64,000 nucleotides of DNA from Eledone cirrhosa (lineage: Eukaryota): the NCBI GenBank assembly GCA_964016885.1, contig OZ024742.1:167028001-167092000 (forward strand), read 5' to 3'. Below, one piece after another: positions 52,201-63,200 of this stretch (positions are counted from its first letter, which is position 1; each line of letters begins with the position of its first letter). The notes beneath the pieces were generated by a model, which saw nothing but the letters and a program-made list of their open reading frames with translations, was not told the DNA's origin and did not search any database. The position numbers and the translations under genes are program-made.

Positions 52201-55200
52201 AAAAATCAAGGGGAGATAATTTCCAGCCGTCCAAGGGGAGATAATTTTCAGCCGTCCAAGGGGAGATAATTTCCAGCCGTCCAAGGGGAGATAATTTCCA
52301 TCCCTCCAAGGGGAGATAATTTCCAGCCGTCCAAGGGGAGATAATTTCCCGCCAACCAAGGGAAGATAATTTTTAAAAAAATCAGGCGGAGATTGTAAAA
52401 AAAATCAGGGGGAGATAATTTGTAAAAAAAAAATCAGGGGGAGATAATTTGTAAAAAAAATCAGGGGGAGATAATTTGTAAAAAAAAATCAAGGGGAGAT
52501 AATTTGTACAAAAAATCAGGGGTATATAATTTGTAAAAAAAAATCAGGGGGAGGTAATTTGTAAAAAAAATCAGGGGGAGATAATTTGTAAAAAAAATCA
52601 AGGGGAGATAATTTGCAGCCGTCCAAGGGGAGATAATTTTCAGCCGTCCAAGGAGAGGTAATTTCTAGCCGTCCAAGGTGAGATAATATCCAGCCGTCCA
52701 AGGGGAGATAATTTCCAGCCGTCCAAGGGGAGATAGTTTTTTTAAAAAAATCAGGCGGAGATAATTTGTAAAAAAAAAATCAGGGGGAGATAATTTGTAA
52801 AAAAAAATCAGGGGGAGATAATTTGTAAAAAAAAATCAAGGGGAGATAATTTGTTAAAAAAATCAGGGGGAGATAATTAGTAAAAAAATCAAGGTGAGAT
52901 AATTTCCAGCCGTCCAAGGGGAGGTAATATCTAGCCGTCCAAGGGGAGATAATTTCCAGCCGTCCAAGGGGAGATAATTTCCAGCCGTCCAAGGGTAGAT
53001 AATATCCAGCCGTCCAAGTAGACATATTTTCCAGCCGTCCAAGGAGAGGTAATTTCTAGCCGTCCAAGGGGAGATAAATTCTAGCCTCCAAGGGGAGAAT
53101 ATTTCCAGCAAGCCAAGGGGAGATAATTTGTAAAAAAATCAGGGGGAGATAATTTGTAAAAAAAATCAGGGGGAGATAATTTGTAAAAAAAAATCAGGGG
53201 GAGATAATTTGTAAAAAAAATCAGGGGGAGATAATTTGTAAAAAAAAATCAGGGGGAGATAATTTGTAAAAAAAAATCAGGGGGAGATAATTTGTAAAAA
53301 AAAATCAGGGGGAGATAATTTGTAAAAAAAATCAAGGGGAGATAATTTCCAGCCGTCCAAGGGGAGATAATTTCCAGCCGTCCAAGGGGAGGTAATATCT
53401 AGCCGTCCAAGGGGCTATAATTTCCAGTGTCCAAGGGGAGATAATTTCCAGCCAGCGAAGGGGAGATAATTTTTTTTTAAAAATCAGGGGGAGATTTGTA
53501 AAAAAAATCAGGGAGAGATAATTTGTAAAAAAAATCAAGGGGAGATAATTTGCAGCCGTCCAAGGGGAGATAATTTTCAGCCGTCCAAGGAGAGGTAATT
53601 TCTAGCCGTCCAAGGTGAGATAATATCCAGCCGTCCAAGGGGAGATAATTTCCAGCCGTCCAAGGGGAGATAATTTTAAAAAAAAAACAGGCGAAGATAA
53701 TTTGTAAAAAAAAAATCAGGGGGAGATAATTTGTAAAAAAAAATCAGGGGGAGATAATTTGTAAAAAAAAATCAGGGGGAGGTAATTTGTAAAAAAAATC
53801 AAGGGGAGATAATTTCCAGCCGTCCAAGGGAAGATAATTTCCAGCCCTCCAAGGGGCTATAATTTCCAGCGTCCAAGGGGAGATAATTTCCAGCCAGCGA
53901 AGGGGAGATAATTTTTTTTTTTTTAAATTAGGGGGACATAATTTGTAAAAAAAATCAGGGGGAGATAATTTGTAAAAAAAATCAAGGGGAGATAATTTTT
54001 TAAAAAAAATCAGGGGGAGATAATTTGTAAAAAAAAATCAGGGGGAGATAATTTGTAAAAAAAATCAAGGGGAGATAATTTGTAAAAAAAAATCAAGGGG
54101 AGATAATTTCCAGCCGTCCAAGGGGAGATAATTTTCAGCCGTCCAAGGGGAGATAATTTCCCGCCAGCCAAGGAAAGATAATATTTAAAAAAATCAGGCG
54201 GAGATAATTTGTAAAAAAAATCAGGGGGAGATAATTTGTAAAAAAATCAGGGGGAGATAATTTGTAAAAAAAAAATCAGGGGGAGATAATTTGTAAAAAA
54301 AATCAGGGGGAGATAATTTGTAAAAAAAAATCAGGGGGAGATAATTTGTAAAAAAAAATCAGGGGGAGATAATTTGTAAAAAAAATCAATTGGAGATAAT
54401 TTCCAGCCGTCCAAGGGGAGATAATTTTCAGCCGTCCAAGGAGAGGTAATTTCTAGACGTCCAAGGGGAGATAATTTCCAGCCGTCCAAGGGGAGATAAT
54501 TTCCAGCCGTCCAAGGGTAGATAATATCCAGCCGTCCAAGGAGACATATTTTCCAGCTTTCCAAGGAGAGGTAATTTCTAGCCGTCCAAGGGGAGATAAA
54601 TTCCAGCCTCCAAGGGGAGATAATTTGTAAAAAAATCAGGGGGAGATAATTTGTAAAAAAAAATCAGGGGCAGATAATTTGTAAAAAAAATCAGGAGGAG
54701 ATAATTTGTAAAAAAAATTAGGGGGAGATAATTTGTAAAAAAAATCAAGGGGAGATAATTTCCAGCCGTCCAAGGGGAGATAATTTTCAGCCGTCCAAGG
54801 GGAGATAATTTCCCGCCAGCCAAGGGAAGATAATATTTAAAAAATGAGGCGGAGATAATTTGTAAAAAAAATCAGGGGGAGATAATTTGTAAAAAAATCA
54901 GGGGGAGATAATTTGTAAAAAAAAAATCAGGGAGAGATAATTTGTAAAAAAAATCAGGGGGAGATAATTTGTAAAAAAAAATCAGGGGTAGATAATTTGT
55001 AAAAAAAAATCAGGGGGAGATAATTTGTAAAAAAAATCAGGGTGAGATAATTTGTAAAAAAAATCAAGGGGAGATAATTTCCAGCCGTCCAAGGGAAGAT
55101 AATTTCAAGCCCTCCAAGGGGCTATAATTTCCAGTGTCCAAGGGGAGATAATTTCCAGCCAGCGAAGGGGAGATAATTTTTTTTTTTAAATCAGGGGGAG

Positions 55201-55400
55201 ATTTGTACAAAAAATCAGGGGGAGATAATTTGTAAAAAAAATCAAAGGGAGATAATTTCCAGCCGTCCAAAGAGAGATAATTTCTAGCCGTCCAAGGGGA
55301 GATAATTTCGAGCCAAGCGGAGATAATTTCCAGCCGTCCAAGGGGAGATAATTTTTTAAAAAATCAGGTGGAGATAATTTGTAAAAAAAATCAGGGGGAG
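45490..55400 (+). repeat. ~5.4 kb unit (45490-50890) followed by a copy (50890-55400) lacking ~930 bp
   Basis: Offsets are +5403 (46266/51669, 46721/52124, 47377/52780, 47929/53332), then +4474 to +4499 (49857/54331, 50079/54578, 50565/55064). Shared private variants include GGGGCGATA, GGGGAGAATATT, CATCCCTCC and AAATTAGGGGGACAT. Confidence 0.88.
46141..49196 (+). repeat. 1866-bp-period partial duplication (about 46141-47330 repeated at 48007-49196)
   Basis: ORF-track offsets 46266/48132, 46721/48587 and 47113/48979 are all +1866. Shared variants are AATCATGGG and CCCGCCAACCAAG. Confidence 0.88.
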
Positions 55401-57235
55401 ATAATTTGTAAAAACAAAATCAAGGGCAGATAATTTCCAGCTGTCCAAGGGGAGATAATTTCCAGCCGTGCAAGGGGAGATAATTTCCAGCCGTCCAAGG
55501 GGAGATAATTTCCATCCTTCCAAGGGGAGATAATTTCCAGCCGTCCAAGGGGAGATAATTTCCCGCCAGCCAAGGGAAGATAATTTTTTAAAAAATCAGG
55601 CGGAGATTGTAAAAAAAATCAGGGGGAGATAATTTGTAAAAAAATCAGGGGGAGATAATTTGTAAAAAAATCAAGGGGAGATAATTTCCAGCTGTCCAAA
55701 GGGAGGTAATATCTAGCCGTCCAAGGGGAGATAATTTCCAGCCGTCCAAGGGGAGATAATTTCCAGCCGTCCAAGGGTAGATAATATCCAGCCGTCCAAG
55801 GAGACATATTTTCCAGCCGTCCAAGGAGAGGTAATTTCTAGCCGTCCAAGTGGAGATAAATTCCAGCCTCCAAGGGGAGGGTAGATAATATCCAGCCGTC
55901 CAAGGAGACATATTTTCCAGCTTTCCAAGGAGAGGTAATTTCTAGCCGTCCAAGGGGAGATAAATTCCAGCCTTCAAGGGGAGATAATTTCCAGCCAGCC
56001 AAGGGGAGATAATTTGTAAAAAAATCAGGGGGAGATAATTTGTAAAAAAAAATCAGGGGCAGATAATTTGTAAAAAAATCAGGAGATAATTTGTAAAAAA
56101 AATCAGGGGGAGATAATTTGTAAAAAAAATCAAGGGGAGATAATTTCCAGCCGTCCAAGGGGAGATAATTTTCAGCCGTCCAAGGGGAGATAATTTCCCG
56201 CCAGCCAAGGGAAGATAATATTTAAAAAATGAGGCGGAGATAATTTGTAAAAAAAATCAGGGGGAGATAATTTGTAAAAAAATCAGGGGGAGATAATTTG
56301 TAAAAAAAAAATCAGGGAGAGATAATTTGTAAAAAAAAATCAGGGGTAGATAATTTGTAAAAAAAATCAGGGGGAGATAATTTGTAAAAAAAATCAGGGT
56401 GAGATAATTTGTAAAAAAAATCAAGGGGAGATAATTTCCAGCCGTCCAAGGGAAGATAATTTCAAGCCCTCCAAGGGGCTATAATTTCCAGTGTCCAAGG
56501 GGAGATAATTTCCAGCCAGCGAAGGGGAGATAATTTTTTTTTTTAAATCAGGGGGAGATTTGTACAAAAAATCAGGGGGAGATAATTTGTAAAAAAAATC
56601 AAAGGGAGATAATTTCCAGCCGTCCAAAGAGAGATAATTTCTAGCCGTCCAAGGGGAGATAATTTCGAGCCAAGCGGAGATAATTTCCAGCCGTCCAAGG
56701 GGAGATAATTTTTTAAAAAATCAGGTGGAGATAATTTGTAAAAAAAATCAGGGGGAGATAATTTGTAAAAACAAAATCAAGGGCAGATAATTTCCAGCTG
56801 TCCAAGGGGAGATAATTTCCAGCCGTGCAAGGGGAGATAATTTCCAGCCGTCCAAGGGGAGATAATTTCCATCCTTCCAAGGGGAGATAATTTCCAGCCG
56901 TCCAAGGGGAGATAATTTCCCGCCAGCCAAGGGAAGATAATTTTTTAAAAAATCAGGCGGAGATTGTAAAAAAAATCAGGGGGAGATAATTTGTAAAAAA
57001 ATCAGGGGGAGATAATTTGTAAAAAAAATCAAGGGGAGATAATTTCCAGCTGTCCAAAGGGAGGTAATATCTAGCCGTCCAAGGGGAGATAATTTCCAGC
57101 CGTCCAAGGGGAGATAATTTCCAGCCGTCCAAGGGTAGATAATATCCAGCCGTCCAAGGAGACATATTTTCCAGCCGTCCAAGGAGAGGTAATTTCTAGC
57201 CGTCCAAGTGGAGATAAATTCCAGCCTCCAAGGGG
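54514..57235 (+). repeat. ~1.36 kb tandem pair with a visible out-of-register junction at ~55878
   Basis: ORF-track offsets 55064/56421 and 55391/56748 are both +1357. Shared variants are CAGCTGTCCAAAGGGAGG and CCAAGCGGAG. The junction reads CCAAGGGGAGGGTAGATAATATCC. Confidence 0.85.
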
Positions 57236-60200
57236 AGATAATTTCCAGCCAGCCAAGGGGAGATAATTTGTAAAAAAATCAGGGGATGATAATTTGTAAA
57301 AAAAATCAGGGGGAGATAATTTGTAAAAAAAAATCAGGGGGAGATAATTTGTAAAAAAAATCAGGGGGAGATAATTTGTAAAAAAAATCAAGGGGAGATA
57401 ATTTCCAGCCGTCCAAGGAGAGATAATTTTAAAAAAAAATCAGGCGGAGATAATTTGTAAAAAAAAATCAGGGGGAGATAATTTGTAAAAAAAAATCAGG
57501 GGGAGATAATTTGTAAAAAAAATCAAGGGGAGATAATTTCCAGCCGTCCAAGGGGAGATCATTTTCAGCCGTCCAAGGGGAGATAATTTCCAGCCGTCCA
57601 AGGGGAGATAATTTGAAAAAAAAATCAGGCGGAGATAATTTGTAAAAAAAATCAAGGGGAGATAATTTGCAACCGTCCAAGGGGACATAATTTTCAGTCG
57701 TCCAAGGAGAGGTAATTTCTAGCCGTACAAGGGGAGATAATTTCCAGCCGTCCAAGGGGAGATAATTTCCAGCCGTCCAAGGGGAGATAATTTTTTTTTA
57801 AAAATCAGGCGGAGATAATTTGTAAAAAAAAAATCAGGGGGAGATAATTTGTAAAAAAAAATCAGGGGGAGATAATTTGTAAAAAAAATCAGGGGGAGAT
57901 AATTTGTAAAAAAAATCAAGGGGAGATAATTTCCAGCCGTCCAAGGGAAGATAATTTCCAGCCCTCCAAGGGGCTATAATTTCCAGCGTCCAAGGGGAGA
58001 TAATTTCCAGCCAGCGAAGGGGAGATAATTGTTTTAAAAAAATCATTGGGAGATTTGTAAAAAAAATCAGGGGGAGATAATTAATAAAAAAAGTCAAGGG
58101 GAGATAATTTCCAGCCGCCCAAGGGGAGGTAATATCTAGCCGTCCAAGGGGAGATAATTTCCAGCCGTCCAAGGGGAGATAATTTCCAGCCGTCCAAGGG
58201 TAGATAATATCCAGCCGTCCAAGGAGACATATTTTCCAGCCGTCCAAGGAGAGGTAATTTCTACACGTCCAAGGGGAGATAAATTCCAGCCTCCAAGGGG
58301 AGATAATTTCCAGCCAGCCAAGGGGAGATAATTTGTAAAAAAATCAGGGGGAGATAATTTGTAAAAAAAATCAGGGGTAGATAATTTGTAAAAAAAAATC
58401 AGGGGGAGATAATTTGTAAAAAAAAATCAGGGGGAGATAATTTGTAAAAAAAATCAAGGGGAGATAATTTCCAGCCGTCCAAGGAGAGATAATTTTTAAA
58501 AAAAATCAGGCGGAGATAATTTGTAAAAAAAAATCAGGGGGAGATAATTTGTAAAAAAAAATCAGGGGGAGATAATTTGTAAAAAAAATCAAGGGGAGAT
58601 AATTTCCAGCCGTCCAAGGGGAGATAATTTCCAGCCGTCCAAGGGGAAATAATTTTTTTAAAAAAATCAGGCGGAGATAATTTGTAAAAAAAATCAGGGG
58701 GAGATAATTTGTAAAAAAAAATCAGGGGGAGATAATTTGTAAAAAAAAATCAGGGGGAGATAATTTCCAGCCGTCCAAGGTAAGATAATTTCCAGCCCTC
58801 CAAGGGGCTATAATTTCCAGCATCCAAGGGGAGATAATTTCCAGCCGTCCAAGGGTAGATAATATCCAGCCGTCCAAGTAGACATATTTTCCAGCCGTCC
58901 AAGGAGAGGTAATTTCTAGCCGTCCAAGGGGAGATAAATTCCAGCCTCCAAAGGTAGATAATTTCCAGCCAGCCAAGGGGAGATAATTTGTAAAAAAATC
59001 AGGGGGAGATAATTTGTAAAAAAAATCAGGGGGAGATAATTTGTAAAAAAAAATCAGGGGGAGATAATTTGTAAAAAAAAATCAGGGGGAGATAATTTGT
59101 AAAAAAAAATCAGGGGGAGATAATTTGTAAAAAAAATCAAGGGGAGATAATTTCCAGCCGTCCAAGGGGAGATAATTTTCAGCCGTCCAAGGGGAGATAA
59201 TTTCCAGCCGTCCAAGGGGAGATAATTTCCATCCTTCCAAGGGGAGATAATTTCCAGCCGTCCAAGGGGAGATAATTTTCAGTCGTCCAAGGGGAGATAA
59301 TTTCCCGCCAGCCAAGGGAAGATAATATTTTAAAAAATCAGTCGGAGATAATTTGTAAAAAAAATCAGGGGGAGATAATTTGTAAAAAAATCAGGGGGAG
59401 ATAATTTGTAAAAAAAAAATCAGGGGGAGATAATTTGTAAAAAAAATCAGGGGGAGATAATTTGTAAAAAAAAAATCAGGGGTAGATAATTTGTAAAAAA
59501 AAATCAGGGGGAGATAATTTGTAAAAAAAAAATCAGGGGGAGATAATTTGTAAAAAAAATCAGGGGGAGATAATTTGTAAAAAAAAATCAGGGGGAGATA
59601 ATTTCCAGCCGTCCAAGGGGAGATAATTTTCAGCCGTCCAAGGGGAGATAATTTCCCGCCAGCCAAGGGAAGATAATATTTAAAAAAATCAGGCGGAGAT
59701 AATTTGTAAAAAAAATCAGGGGGAGATAATTTGTAAAAAAATCAGGGGGAGATAATTTGTAAAAAAAATCAAGGGGAGATAATTTCCAGCCGTCCAAGGG
59801 GAGGTAATATCTAGCCGTCCAAGGGGAGATAATTTCCAGCCGTCCAAGAGGAGATAATTTCCAGCCGTCCAAGGGTAGATAATATCCAGCCGTCCAAGGA
59901 GACATATTTTCCAGCCGTCCAAGGAGAGGTAATTTCTAGCCGTCCAAGGGGAGATAAATTCCAGCCTCCAAAGGGAGATAATTTCCAGCCAGCCAAGGGG
60001 AGATAATTTGTAAAAAAAATCAAGGGGAGATAATTTGTAAAAAAAATCAGGGGGAGATAATTTGTAAAAAAAAATCAGGGGGAGATAATTTGTAAAAAAA
60101 ATCAGGGGGAGATAATTTGTAAAAAAAAATCAAGGGGAGATAATTTCCAGCCGTCCAAGGGGAGATAATTTCCCGCCAGCCAAGGGAAGATAATATTTAA

Positions 60201-63200
60201 AAAATCAGGCGGAGATAATTTGTAAAAAAAATCAGGGGGAGATAATTTGTAAAAAAATCAGGGGGAGATAATTTGTAAAAAAAAAATCAGGGGGAGATAA
60301 TTTGTAAAAAAATCAGGGGGAGATGATTTGTAAAAAAAAATCAGGGGTAGATAATTTGTAAAAAAAAATCAGGGGGAGATAATTTGTAAAAAAAAATCAG
60401 GGGGAGATAATTTGTAAAAAAAAATCAGTGGGAGATAATTTGTAAAAAAATCAAGGGGAGATAATATGCAGCCGTCCAAGGGGAGATAATTTTCAGCCGT
60501 CCAAGGAGAGTTAATTTCTAGCCGTCCATGGGGAGATAATTTCCAGCCGTCCAAGGGGAGATAATTTCCAGCCGTCCAAGGGGAGATAGTTTTTTTAAAA
60601 AAATCAGGCGGAGATAATTTGTAAAAAAAAAATCAGGGGGAGATAATTTGTAAAAAAAAATCAGGGGGAGATAATTTGTAAAAAAAAATCAAGGGGAGAT
60701 AATTTGTAAAAAAAATCAGGGGGAGATAATTAGTAAAAAAATCAAGGGGAGATAATTTCCAGCCGTCCAAGGGGAGGTAATATCTAGCCGTCCAAGGGGA
60801 GATAATTTCCAGCCGTCCAAGGGGAGATAATTTCCAGCCGTCCAAGGGTAGATAATATCCAGCCGTCCAAGTAGACATATTTTCCAGCCGTCCAAGGAGA
60901 GGTAATTTCTAGCCGTCCAAGGGGAGATAAATTCTAGCCTCCAAGGGGAGATAATTTCCAGCCAGCCAAGGGGAGATAATTTGTAAAAAAATCAGGGGGA
61001 GATAATTTGTAAAAAAAATCAGGGGGAGATAATTTGTAAAAAAAAATCAGGGGGAGATAATTTGTAAAAAAAATCAGGGGGAGATAATTTGTAAAAAAAA
61101 ATCAGGGGGAGATAATTTGTAAAAAAAATCAAGGGGAGATAATTTCCAGCCGTCCAAGGGGAGATAATTTCCAGCCGTCCAAGGGGAGGTAATATCTAGC
61201 CGTCCAAGGGGAGATAATTTCCAGCCGTCCAAGAGGAGATAATTTCCAGCCGTCCAAGGGAAGATAATTTCAAGCCCTCCAAGGGGCTATAATTTCCAGT
61301 GTCCAAGGGGAGATAATTTCCAGCCAGCGAAGGGGAGATAATTTTTTTTTAAAAATCAGGGGGAGATTTGTAAAAAAAATCAGGGGGAGATAATTTGTAA
61401 AAAAAATCAAGGGGAGATAATTTCCAGCCGTCGAAGGGAAGATAATTTCCAGCCCTCCAAGGGGCTATAATTTCCAGCGTCCAAGGGGAGATAATTTCCA
61501 GCCAGCGAAGGGGAGATAATTTTTTTAAAAAAATCATTGGGAGATTTGTAAAAAAAATCAGGGGGAGATAATTTCCAGCCGTCCAAGGGGAGGTAATATC
61601 TAGCCGTCCAAGGGGAGATAATTTCCAGCCGTCCAAGGGGAGATAATTTCCAGCCGTCCAAGGGTAGATAATATCCAGCCGTCCAAGTAGACATTTTCCA
61701 GCCGTCCAAGGAGAGGTAATTTCTAGCCGTCCAAGGGGAGATAAATTCCAGCCTCGAAGGGGAGATAATTTCCAGCCAGCCAAGGGGAGATAATTTGTAA
61801 AAAAAATCAGGGGGAGATAATTTGTAAAAAAAAATCAGGGGGAGATAATTTGTAAAAAAAAATCAGGGGGAGATAATTTGTAAAAAAAAATCAGGGGGAG
61901 ATAATTTGTAAAAAAAATCAAGGGGAGATAATTTCCAGCCGTCCAAGGGGAGATAATTTTCAGCCGTCCAAGGGGAGATAATTTCCAGCCGTCCAAGGGG
62001 AGATAATTTCCATCCTTCCAAGGGGAGATAATTTCCAGCCGTCCAAGGGGAGATAATTTCCCGCCAACCAAGGGAAGATAATTTTTAAAAAAATCAGGCG
62101 GAGATTGTAAAAAAAATCAGGGGGAGATAATTTGTAAAAAAAAAATCAGGGGGAGATAATTTGTAAAAAAAATCAGGGGGAGATAATTTGTAAAAAAAAA
62201 TCAAGGGGAGATAATTTGTACAAAAAATCAGGGGTATATAATTTGTAAAAAAAAATCAGGGGGAGATAATTTGTAAAAAAAAATCAGGGGGAGATAATTT
62301 GTAAAAAAAATCAAGGGGAGATAATTTGCAGCCGTCCAAGGGGAGATAATTTTCAGCCGTCCAAGGAGAGGTAATTTCTAGTCGTCCAAGGTGAGATAAT
62401 ATCCAGCCGTCCAAGGGGAGATAATTTCCAGCCGTCCAAGGGGAGATAATTTTTAAAAAAAAACAGGCGAAGATAATTTGTAAAAAAAAAATCAGGGGGA
62501 GATAATTTGTAAAAAAAAATCAGGGGGAGATAATTTGTAAAAAAAAATCAGGGGGAGGTAATTTGTGAAAAAAAATCAAGGGGAGATAATTTCCAGCCGT
62601 CCAAGGGAAGATAATTTCCAGCCCTCCAAGGGGCTATAATTTCCAGCGTCCAAGGGGAGATAATTTCCAGCCAGCGAAGGGGAGATAATTTTTTTTTTTT
62701 TAAATCAGGGGGAGATCATTTGTAAAAAAAAATCAGGGGGAGATAATTTCCAGCCGTCCAAGGGGAGATAATTTTCAGCCGTCCAAGGGGAGATAATTTT
62801 CAGCCGTCCAAGGGGAGATAATTTCCCGCCAGCCAAGGAAAGATAATATTTAAAAAAATCAGGCGGAGATAATTTGTAAAAAAAAATCAGGGGGAGATAA
62901 TTTGTAAAAAAAATCAATTGGAGATAATTTCCAGCCGTCCAAGGGGAGATAATTTTCAGCCGTCCAAGGAGAGGTAATTTCTAGACGTCCAAGGGGAGAT
63001 AATTTCCAGCCGTCCAAGGGGAGATAATTTCCAGCCGTCCAAGGGTAGATAATATCCAGCCGTCCAAGGAGACATATTTTCCAGCTTTCCAAGGAGAGGT
63101 AATTTCTAGCCGTCCAAGGGGAGATAAATTCCAGCCTCCAAGGGGAGATAATTTCCAGCCAGCCAAGGGGAGATAATTTGTAAAAAAATCAGGGGGAGAT

